Shown here: positions 56,380-64,000 of the stretch, in pieces
Numbering within the stretch: position 1 is the first letter of the stretch
How the letters are laid out: every line of letters begins with the position of its first letter
Source: Minisyncoccota bacterium
GTDB taxonomy: Bacteria > Patescibacteriota > Minisyncoccia > Phycocordibacterales > UBA9973
Assembly: GCA_041650615.1 (NCBI GenBank)
Contig: JBAZKU010000001.1
Span: 91,763-155,762 of the forward strand
DNA: 64,000 nt
Direction: 5' to 3'
Notes under the pieces: generated by a model
What the model saw: only the letters and a program-made list of their open reading frames with translations
Told to the model about the DNA's origin: nothing
Database searches by the model: none
Made by a program: the position numbers and the translations under genes

Positions 56380-57261
56380 ATGAAAATTCAAAAGCTCCCC
56401 AAAAATAAATTCCCGAGAGCCCTTTTGGAAATTCCGCAACCGCCGGAAGATCTTTGGATAATCGGCAACCTGCCAAAACCTGCCTGCGCAGGCGGGGAAA
56501 ACCTAATTTATTTATGTGTGGTGGGCTCGCGTAAATTTACTTCCTACGGAAAAGAAGCTTGTGAAAAGATAATTGCTGGTTTGAAAGGATATCCAATCGC
56601 CATAGTTTCCGGTTTTGCCATGGGTATAGACACCATAGCTCACAAGAAAGCGATGCAAGTCGGATTAAAAACGATAGTTTTTCCGGGTTCCGGGCTTTCA
56701 GATGAAGCGATGTATCCAAAAATGAATGTTCGCTTAATGAGAGAGGTGGTGGAAAAAGGCGGGTGCTTGATTTCCGAATTTGAACCCGATTTCAAAGCAA
56801 CTCAGTGGAGTTTCCCTATGCGCAATCGCCTAATGGCTGGTATTTCCAAATCCGTGCTGATAATAGAAGCGGAGGAAAAATCCGGTACTCTTATTACTGC
56901 CAGATTGGCTACAGAATACAATAGAGATGTGCTTGTTGTCCCTGGATCAATTTCTTCACCGTCTTCCAAAGGTACCAATAAATTAATCAAACAAGGCGCA
57001 ACGCCTGTAACCTGCGCGGAAGATGTACTGGAAGCTTTGGGATTTGAGTTAAAAAAAGATAAAGAAAAACAGCAAAAACTTTTTGAAGATTTGTCACCGG
57101 AAGAACAAAAAGTAGTAAAACTTCTTCGTGAACCGATTCCCCGCGATGATTTAATTCGCGCCATGAAAATGCCGACTCCTAACGCCAATGCGATACTTTC
57201 CATTATGGAAATAAAAGAACTGATAAAAGAAGAATTAGGTGAGATTAGGCTAGGTACCTAA
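56380..57261 (+). CDS. dprA: DNA processing protein DprA (Smf)
   Basis: VVGSRKFTSYG....IVSGFAMGIDTIAH; contains a 1-mismatch copy of the 18-bp palindrome. Confidence 0.8.
   Translation: MKIQKLPKNKFPRALLEIPQPPEDLWIIGNLPKPACAGGENLIYLCVVGSRKFTSYGKEACEKIIAGLKGYPIAIVSGFAMGIDTIAHKKAMQVGLKTIVFPGSGLSDEAMYPKMNVRLMREVVEKGGCLISEFEPDFKATQWSFPMRNRLMAGISKSVLIIEAEEKSGTLITARLATEYNRDVLVVPGSISSPSSKGTNKLIKQGATPVTCAEDVLEALGFELKKDKEKQQKLFEDLSPEEQKVVKLLREPIPRDDLIRAMKMPTPNANAILSIMEIKELIKEELGEIRLGT
56479..56496. repeat. 18-bp palindrome, 1-mismatch copy (CCTGCCTGCGCAGGCGGG), in frame in dprA (PACAGG)
   Basis: Read directly. Confidence 0.8.
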
Positions 57262-57407
57262 TCGCAAGGCCGGAGCACGACGGTGCGAGGCGAGCTCAAC
57301 AGAATTTTTTAGTAGAAAAATATCTGGAGAGATTAAATTGGCTTGACCCTTCTTTTCATCAGGACAAGTTTGCAAAAAAAAACTATTTCGTGTAATACTT
57401 AGCAAAT

Positions 57408-59672
57408 ATGAAATTATTAATCGTTGAATCGCCATCAAAAGCAAAGACCATTGAGAAATATCTCGAGGGTGTTTATACTGTGCGCGCATCTGTCGGGCAT
57501 ATCCGCGATTTACCGAAATCAAATAAGCAAGCGATAGACATAGAAGGCGGGTTCATACCGCATTATGAAGTTTCCAAAGGCAAGGAAAAAATTATACATG
57601 AACTCCGATCTCTTGGAGAAAAAGCTAGTGAAATACTTTTAGCCACAGACCCTGATCGCGAAGGAGAAGCGATAGCTTGGCATATTGAAGAATTATTGAA
57701 TAAAGATCCCGAAGGAAAGCAAGTTTCCTACGGGGCGGGTAAAAAAAAAGCTTCTATAAAAAGAGTTAGATTTTATGAAATAACCGAGGAAGCAGTAAAA
57801 GAAGCCTTGAAGTACCCTGAAGAAATTGATATGAAGCTAGTAAAAGCTCAAGAAGCTAGACGAGTATTAGACAGACTTGTCGGTTATGATCTTTCGGGAC
57901 TTATTTGGAAAAAAGTACGTTATGGACTTTCTGCAGGGCGAGTTCAATCCCCTGCGCTTCGCATAATAATGGAACGCGAACGTGAGATTCGCGCTTTTGT
58001 TCCGGAACAGTATTGGAAATTATTCGGTCTCTTTGAAACTCAAAAAAAGGGAAAATTGACCCTTTTTTGTTCAGAAGAACCTAAAAATGAAAAATTGGTT
58101 GAAAAAATACTTGAAGAAGGGAAAAAAGGAAATTGGCTGGTAAAAGAAGTAAAAGAATCCGAACAAAAAAGAATTCCTCGGGCTCCATTCACTACTTCTA
58201 CTTTGCAACAAACAGCAAGCTCACGGCTTGGTTATTCCCCTTCTAGAACAATGCAAATAGCGCAAAAACTTTATGAAGCTGGACATATTACATATATGAG
58301 AACGGATAGTACAAATCTGTCCTCGGCCGCGCAAGCGCAAATCGTTTCCCTTATTAATAAAAAATATGGAAATGAATATGCTTTACCACGAGCTTATAAG
58401 GCTAGATCTAAAAATGCCCAAGAAGCGCATGAAGCAATTCGCCCGACCCATATAGAAAATTTAGGAGCTGGTACTGAGGAGCAGCAAAGACTTTACAAAT
58501 TGATTTGGGAACGCGCTGTATCTTCACAAATGGCTGATGCAAAATTATTAAAAACAAAAATAAACGCAAATATTTCTCCAGATGCACCTATTCCTGATTT
58601 TACAGCTACCGGTTCACGGATTCTTTTTCCCGGATGGCTTCTTGTGGATAAAGATAGTGTGGGAGAGGACATAGAATTGCCGGAAGTAAAGAAAGGAGAA
58701 AAATTAAAATTGTTGAATCTGATAAAAGAAGAAAAATTTACTGAGCCACCTAATAGATACAGTGAAGCGGGCCTAATAAAGGAACTGGAGGCGAGAGATA
58801 TAGGCCGGCCATCTACATATGCTTCCATAATGAAAACACTGGAAGACAGAGAATATGTAAAAAAAGAAGGTAAAACTCTCTACCCTACCGATGTCGGCGA
58901 AGTCGTATCTGATTTTCTGGAAAAATATTTTGCTAATTATATTTCCGATACTTTTACAGCAGAAATGGAAGATGAATTGGATGAAATTTCCAGAGGTGAA
59001 CGCGAATATGAAAAAACACTTAAAGATTTTTATGGACCATTTTCCAAAGATGTAAAATCAAAAGAAAAATTAGAAAAAGCGACTAATTTGGGCGATGCCC
59101 CGGAAAATATAAAATGTCCAAAATGTGGAAGTAAAATGATTATTAAACTTTCCCGCGGAGGCAAGTTTTATTCTTGTTCAAGATATCCTGATTGCGACGG
59201 CGCATTAATGATAGATGGAACGGAGTTAAAGGGTCCGAAAGAAACAGGAGAAATGTGTCCGCTATGCGGCCTGCCTGCGCAGGCAGGAGAAAAAAAGAAA
59301 AAAAACTATGGTGGTAAACTTATTATCCGAGAAAGACGCGATGGAAGCGGAACTTTTATTTCTTGTTCACGTTATCCAAAATGCAAGTTTATTAAAAAAG
59401 ATGAAGCAGAAGAAGCCAAAAAAAGGACAGGTATTATTTGTCCTTTGTGTAAAAAGGGAGATATAACTGAACGGCGCGGAAGGTTCGGTATATTTTATTC
59501 TTGTTCAAATTATCCCGATTGTAAATTTGCCATGAAAGCAAAACCTACCGGTAGAATATGCGACAAATGCGGTTCTTTAATGATGGAGGGAACAAAAACT
59601 ATCCCCGAAAGATGCAGTAACAAGTCTTGCTCAAACCATAATCCTCATAAAATATCAAAAATTGATAAATAA
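57408..59672 (+). CDS. topA: DNA topoisomerase I with four C-terminal C4 zinc ribbons
   Basis: Toprim MKLLIVESPSKAKTI and the active-site region. The 18-bp palindrome sits between zinc ribbons. Confidence 0.95.
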   Translation: MKLLIVESPSKAKTIEKYLEGVYTVRASVGHIRDLPKSNKQAIDIEGGFIPHYEVSKGKEKIIHELRSLGEKASEILLATDPDREGEAIAWHIEELLNKDPEGKQVSYGAGKKKASIKRVRFYEITEEAVKEALKYPEEIDMKLVKAQEARRVLDRLVGYDLSGLIWKKVRYGLSAGRVQSPALRIIMEREREIRAFVPEQYWKLFGLFETQKKGKLTLFCSEEPKNEKLVEKILEEGKKGNWLVKEVKESEQKRIPRAPFTTSTLQQTASSRLGYSPSRTMQIAQKLYEAGHITYMRTDSTNLSSAAQAQIVSLINKKYGNEYALPRAYKARSKNAQEAHEAIRPTHIENLGAGTEEQQRLYKLIWERAVSSQMADAKLLKTKINANISPDAPIPDFTATGSRILFPGWLLVDKDSVGEDIELPEVKKGEKLKLLNLIKEEKFTEPPNRYSEAGLIKELEARDIGRPSTYASIMKTLEDREYVKKEGKTLYPTDVGEVVSDFLEKYFANYISDTFTAEMEDELDEISRGEREYEKTLKDFYGPFSKDVKSKEKLEKATNLGDAPENIKCPKCGSKMIIKLSRGGKFYSCSRYPDCDGALMIDGTELKGPKETGEMCPLCGLPAQAGEKKKKNYGGKLIIRERRDGSGTFISCSRYPKCKFIKKDEAEEAKKRTGIICPLCKKGDITERRGRFGIFYSCSNYPDCKFAMKAKPTGRICDKCGSLMMEGTKTIPERCSNKSCSNHNPHKISKIDK
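59270..59287. repeat. 18-bp palindrome CCTGCCTGCGCAGGCAGG, in frame in topA (LPAQAG)
   Basis: Read directly. Confidence 0.85.
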
Positions 59673-59689
59673 GGAGGCCATAGTATAAT
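59662..59689 (+). promoter_or_regulatory. promoter TTGATA-16-TATAAT, 6 nt upstream of the rel ATG
   Basis: Read directly. Confidence 0.5.
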
Positions 59690-59695
59690 AAAACT

Positions 59696-61162
59696 ATGGC
59701 AAGTGTAAAAGAAATAACGGACCTTATGAAAGGAGGAGTAAATAAAGGAGAGGAAGAGCTCATAAAAAAGGCTTATGAATTGGCGGAGCGCGCGCACTCG
59801 GGGCAAAAAAGAATGAGTGGAGAGCCATATTTTATCCATGTTTTTGAAACAGCCAAAACACTGGCTAAATTCGGGATGGATACTCCGACTATAGTTGCCG
59901 GACTTTTACATGATGTGTTGGAAGATACAAAAATTACCGAAGAAGAGATGAGAAAAGAATTCGGAGAAGATATTGTTTTTTTAGTAAAAGGGGTAACTAA
60001 ACTGGGAACTCTGAAGTATCACGGACACGAACAGCATGTGGAAAGTTTAAGAAAATTTTTCGTGGCAATGACGAACGATTTACGGGTAGTTATTATAAAA
60101 TTTGCTGACAGATTACATAATTTGCAAACCCTTCAATTCATACCGGAAGAAAAAAGAAAAAGAATAGCCATGGAATCAATAGAAGTCTATGCTCCATTAG
60201 CTAACCGTTTGGGAATGGGAAAATTGAAAGGTGAAATAGAAGATGCCGCCTTCCCTTTCGCTTTTCCGAAAGAATACGCGCAAATAGAAGAAATAATAGA
60301 GAAAGGAAAAAAAATATATGAAAAAAATTTGGAAGAAATTCATCGGGAACTTAAAAAAGAATTATATAAAAACAAAGTGAAAGTGGTTGAAATTAATTAT
60401 CGGATGAAACATAAATACAGTTTGTGGAAAAAACTTCTCAAACGTGAAATGGATATAGAAAAAATTTACGATATAGTGGCCCTTCGCGTAGTAGTAGAAA
60501 GTGTGGAAGAATGTTATAGAGTTTTGGGTATTATCCATTCCATTTGGAGGCCTCTGCCAGGCAGAATTAAGGATTATATAGCCGTGCCAAAACCCAATGG
60601 TTATCGTTCCATTCATACTACTATTTTTACCGGCGCGGGAGGAGTAGCGGAAATTCAGATAAGAACTAAAGAAATGCATGCCGAAGCGGCTTATGGTGTT
60701 GCCGCGCATTTTGCTTACAAAGAAAAAGGTAAAAAAATTCATGATGAAAAATCAAAGTTTAAATGGATTGAAGAATTAAAGAATTTTAATCATGAATTTA
60801 ATGAACCCAAAAAGTATTTAGAACACTTAAAAACGGATTTTTTCAATAATCGCATTTTTATTTTTACTCCTAAGGGTGATGTTATTGATTTGCCGGAAGA
60901 TTCCAGTCCGATAGATTTTGCTTATTCCATTCACTCGGATATTGGCGATCACATTTCTGGAACAAAAGTAAACGGTAAAATAGCCCCGATTCTTTCAAAA
61001 TTAAAAAATGGGGATATTGTGGAAATAATAACTAAAAAAGATTCACATCCGTCCAGTAAATGGTTGGAATATTCAAAAACGAATATAGCCAAAAAGAATA
61101 TAAGATCTTATGTGGAAAAAAATAGCTTACTTTCCAAACTTAAGTCCTTCGGTAGTAGTTAA
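59696..61162 (+). CDS. rel: bifunctional (p)ppGpp synthetase/hydrolase, short RelA/SpoT homologue (HD + synthetase + TGS, no ACT)
   Basis: HD motif LLHDVLEDT, synthetase motif YRSIHTTI and a TGS domain; 488 aa. Confidence 0.85.
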   Translation: MASVKEITDLMKGGVNKGEEELIKKAYELAERAHSGQKRMSGEPYFIHVFETAKTLAKFGMDTPTIVAGLLHDVLEDTKITEEEMRKEFGEDIVFLVKGVTKLGTLKYHGHEQHVESLRKFFVAMTNDLRVVIIKFADRLHNLQTLQFIPEEKRKRIAMESIEVYAPLANRLGMGKLKGEIEDAAFPFAFPKEYAQIEEIIEKGKKIYEKNLEEIHRELKKELYKNKVKVVEINYRMKHKYSLWKKLLKREMDIEKIYDIVALRVVVESVEECYRVLGIIHSIWRPLPGRIKDYIAVPKPNGYRSIHTTIFTGAGGVAEIQIRTKEMHAEAAYGVAAHFAYKEKGKKIHDEKSKFKWIEELKNFNHEFNEPKKYLEHLKTDFFNNRIFIFTPKGDVIDLPEDSSPIDFAYSIHSDIGDHISGTKVNGKIAPILSKLKNGDIVEIITKKDSHPSSKWLEYSKTNIAKKNIRSYVEKNSLLSKLKSFGSS

Positions 61163-62127
61163 ACGTTGAAACTGGAAATATCATAAAGTTTGGAGTCATC
61201 TTCTTTTATTTCTTCTTTTGTTCTATCGTCTAGGGGAGTTTCGCTTATTTCAGTATTCTTAGCAATATAATTCTCCAACATTTCCCCCGGTTTCTTTTCA
61301 GTGACTGATTTATTTATTAAGTCTAAAATTTGACGCAAATCTTCGGTGGAGAAAAAATCTATTTTAATTTGTCCCCCTAGTTCTTTTCTATCTATATGAA
61401 CGCGAGTACCTAACTTATCTTGAAATTCTTCTTCTAGTTCTGTTATTTCCGGGTCTGGTATAAATTCTTTCTTGCGCACGCGATCATAAGCTATTTTTCT
61501 AGCTAATCTTTCTGCCTCACGCACAGTTATTTTTTTGTATAGAATTTCTTTAAATAAAACTATTTGCTCTTCAGGGTGGTCAGCAAGCATTAAGATTGGT
61601 CGAGTATGGCCTTCAGTAATTTTACCCTCGCCTAAAGCGCTTAATATTTCTTCAGATAAAGACAAGATACGCAAAGTATTTGAAACATATTCTCTGCTTC
61701 TGCCTATTTTTTTAGCAATTTCGCTATGAGTAAATTTAAATTCATTTGCCAATCTAAAAAAAGCGCGAGCGCGATCAACTACGTTTAGATCTTCACGTTG
61801 TAAGTTTTCTATGATAGCAAGTTCAAGTTTCATCATAGAAGTATCCCCTGTACGGATTATGACTGGTATTTGTAATACTTGAGCTATCTTAGCCGCGCGA
61901 AGCCTGCGTTCCCCGGCGATAAGTTCATATTCCGTATTTAAACCGCCATCTTCTTTTTCCAATTCTACACGAGAAACTATCAACGGCTGAAGTACTCCGT
62001 ATTGTTTTATGGAATCAGCCAAATCTTGCAAACGAGCCTCGTCAAAATCTCGCCTTGGTTGATATGGATTTGGTTTTACTTTGTCAGTATCAATCCAGAA
62101 AATTGAGTTGGAATATAAGTTAGACAT
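61159..62127 (-). CDS. parB: chromosome partitioning protein ParB/Spo0J
   Basis: GERRLRAAK plus an HTH; 322 aa. Confidence 0.85.
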   Translation of the reverse strand: MSNLYSNSIFWIDTDKVKPNPYQPRRDFDEARLQDLADSIKQYGVLQPLIVSRVELEKEDGGLNTEYELIAGERRLRAAKIAQVLQIPVIIRTGDTSMMKLELAIIENLQREDLNVVDRARAFFRLANEFKFTHSEIAKKIGRSREYVSNTLRILSLSEEILSALGEGKITEGHTRPILMLADHPEEQIVLFKEILYKKITVREAERLARKIAYDRVRKKEFIPDPEITELEEEFQDKLGTRVHIDRKELGGQIKIDFFSTEDLRQILDLINKSVTEKKPGEMLENYIAKNTEISETPLDDRTKEEIKEDDSKLYDISSFNV

Positions 62128-62212
62128 TGTTCTATTCTAGCATATTAAAAATTTTTTATTAAATTGATTTTTAAACCTTTTTTGTGTAAAATGTGTGAAT
62201 TGCTCTTGTTTT

Positions 62213-62296
62213 GCCCAGGTGGCGGAATTGGTAGACGCGATAGACTCAAAATCTATTGATGGCAACATCATGAGAGTTCAATTCTCTCCCTGGGCA
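62213..62296 (+). tRNA. tRNA-Leu (anticodon CAA)
   Basis: Acceptor GCCCAGG/CCTGGGC, anticodon loop CTCAAAA, long variable arm, T-arm GAGAG-TTCAATT-CTCTC. Confidence 0.85.
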
Positions 62297-62328
62297 CTAA
62301 ACTGAAAGTTTTGTGAGTCCGCAAATAT

Positions 62329-63660
62329 ATGAAAAAGATAAAAGAAACCGAAAATAAAATAATAGATTTTAAAATTACCGGAGGAAAGCAATTACACGGC
62401 GGTATTACCACCGGTTTTTCCAAAAACGGATCCGTCGGACTTTTATGCGCTTCTCTTTTAAATAAAGGAACAACAACCTTACATGGTATTGCTTGTATTG
62501 AAGAAACGCATAGAGTAATTGAAATTTTAAAAAGTATCGGAGTCTCCATTAAGTGGGTTGGTAAAAATTCAGTTAAAATTGTTCCACCCAGAATTTTCGA
62601 TATGAAGAAAATAAACCGGGAATCCGCCATAAAAACCCGTTCTATTATTATGTTCCTAGGCCCCCTGGTTCATGTCTTAAAGAGTTTTTATTTGCCTCAT
62701 GCCGAAGGATGCAAGCTTGGAAAAAGAACTATCAGCGCTCACAGTTATGCTCTGGAAGAGCTTGGTATAAAAATAAAAACAACCAACACAAGTTATAATG
62801 TTTCTTTGAGAAAACTTAAACCGGCAAATATTGTAATGTATGAATCTGGCGATACCGCTTGCGAAAACGCTCTGATGGTAGCCGCTAAAATCCCAGGCAG
62901 AACTATTATAGAATGCGCCAGTGGAAATTATATGGTTCAGGAAATATGTTTTTTTCTGCAAACTTTGGGTGTAAAAATTGAAGGCATCGGTACTGGAACT
63001 TTAATAATTGATGGAATTGCGGAAATCAATAAAAATATTGAATATTCAAACAGTGAAGACCCGATTGAATCAATGATGTTCATTTCTGCCGCTATCGTTA
63101 CGGATTCGCATCTCAAAATTAAAAGGTGTCCAATAGATTTCCTCACTCTTGAGCTTTATAAATTAAAAAAAATGGGTTTGAAATATAAAACCCTAAAAAA
63201 ATATTTTTCGTATAATGGAAAAACAAAACTAATTGATATTGAAATTTTTCCAAGCAAATTAAAAGCGCCGCCGGACAAAATTCACGCTAATCCGTATCCG
63301 GGAATAAATATTGACAATCTTCCTTTTTTTGTCCCTATTGCTGTTCGGGCAAAAGGTACCACGCTTATTCATGATTGGTTTTATGAAAATCGGGCAATAT
63401 ATTCCACCGAATTAAATCGCCTAGGAGCAGATGTCACTTTAGCTGATCCTCATCGAATTTATGTTCAAGGTGGAACACCTTTAAAATCTGCCCAAGTAGT
63501 TTGTCCACCTGCCTTGCGTCCATCGATGGTAATCCTCATATCAATGCTTGCTGCCGAAGGTACATCAATACTCCGTAATGTTTATATGATTAATCGCGGT
63601 TATGAAGAAATAGCTAAGCGCCTAAACTCCATAGGCGCGAATATTAAAATCTTGAAATAA
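62329..63660 (+). CDS. murA: UDP-N-acetylglucosamine 1-carboxyvinyltransferase
   Basis: 443-aa EPSP-synthase-fold protein; KITGGKQLHGG... Confidence 0.9.
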   Translation: MKKIKETENKIIDFKITGGKQLHGGITTGFSKNGSVGLLCASLLNKGTTTLHGIACIEETHRVIEILKSIGVSIKWVGKNSVKIVPPRIFDMKKINRESAIKTRSIIMFLGPLVHVLKSFYLPHAEGCKLGKRTISAHSYALEELGIKIKTTNTSYNVSLRKLKPANIVMYESGDTACENALMVAAKIPGRTIIECASGNYMVQEICFFLQTLGVKIEGIGTGTLIIDGIAEINKNIEYSNSEDPIESMMFISAAIVTDSHLKIKRCPIDFLTLELYKLKKMGLKYKTLKKYFSYNGKTKLIDIEIFPSKLKAPPDKIHANPYPGINIDNLPFFVPIAVRAKGTTLIHDWFYENRAIYSTELNRLGADVTLADPHRIYVQGGTPLKSAQVVCPPALRPSMVILISMLAAEGTSILRNVYMINRGYEEIAKRLNSIGANIKILK

Positions 63661-63696
63661 AACAAGTGAGGATATATTTTAATCATTTTTTGAAAA

Positions 63697-64000
63697 ATGA
63701 AAAAAGTTATTGTAATATTAGGACTTACAGCCACCGGGAAAAGCGACTTAGCGGTTAAAATAGCCAAAAAAGTTGACAGCGAGGTTATTTCGGCTGATTC
63801 TAGACAAGTTTACAAAGGACTTGATATTGGTACAGGGAAAATCACTAAGAAAGAGATGAAGGGAATTCCTCATTATTTGCTTGATGTAGTAAACCCTAAA
63901 CGTAAATTTACCGTTGCAGAATATCAAAAAAAAGCCATCTACGCTATTGCTGAGATTATAAAAAAAGGCAAAATTCCAATTATTTGCGGAGGTGCCGGAT
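63697..64000 (+). CDS. miaA: tRNA dimethylallyltransferase (5' partial; runs off the window)
   Basis: ILGLTATGKSDLA...ISADSRQVYKGLDIGTGK. Confidence 0.8.
   Translation, partial: MKKVIVILGLTATGKSDLAVKIAKKVDSEVISADSRQVYKGLDIGTGKITKKEMKGIPHYLLDVVNPKRKFTVAEYQKKAIYAIAEIIKKGKIPIICGGAG

Noticed and set aside
1-64000. CRISPR array
   Set aside because: The dispersed repeats are palindromic, irregularly spaced and located at gene boundaries or inside genes. There are no regularly spaced direct repeats and no cas genes.

Overview
This is an AT-rich (roughly one-third GC by eye), gene-dense, streamlined bacterial chromosome segment. The gene content suggests a Candidate Phyla Radiation / Patescibacteria-like organism: a short Rel without an ACT domain, dnaK and dnaJ without grpE, a short archaeal-length aspS and many tiny membrane proteins. 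That placement is inference only.

Housekeeping genes present: dnaK, dnaJ, cysS, an agmatinase-family gene, rplU, recR, dnaB, trpS, aspS, pepN, scpA, scpB, a DD-carboxypeptidase, mraY-ftsW-murG, gltX, an M23 peptidase, rpmA, rplI, ctpA, a class-B PBP, a MacAB-like ABC efflux pair with its adaptor, mscL, tRNA-Gln(UUG), dnaX, dus, serS, dprA, topA, rel, parB, tRNA-Leu(CAA), murA and the 5' end of miaA. There is no rRNA and no CRISPR array.

Unusual content:
- A 12-kb block (162..11982) in which three large paralogous Cys-rich multi-zinc-ribbon proteins and two paralogous soluble FtsK/HerA/TraD-like P-loop ATPases are interleaved with dnaK and separate it from dnaJ. This is the best candidate for an undescribed system.
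- A tight four-gene operon (beta-class MTase, MutH/Sau3AI-like nuclease, ClpP-fold serine protease, membrane protein) followed by hemerythrin and SWIB-domain genes.
- An IS200/IS605-like RAYT element with hairpin ends.
- Several dispersed palindromic repeat families. Two stop-codon-to-start-codon intercistronic hairpin families have a right arm that always ends in GGGATG, the start codon of the next gene. GC-rich 39-bp and 18-bp palindromes are inserted in frame into housekeeping genes (RPE/HIP-like). A ~70-bp GC-rich element lies upstream of four promoters.
- Most promoters look like TTGNNA-17-TATAAT with the ATG only 6-9 nt downstream, implying leaderless mRNAs.
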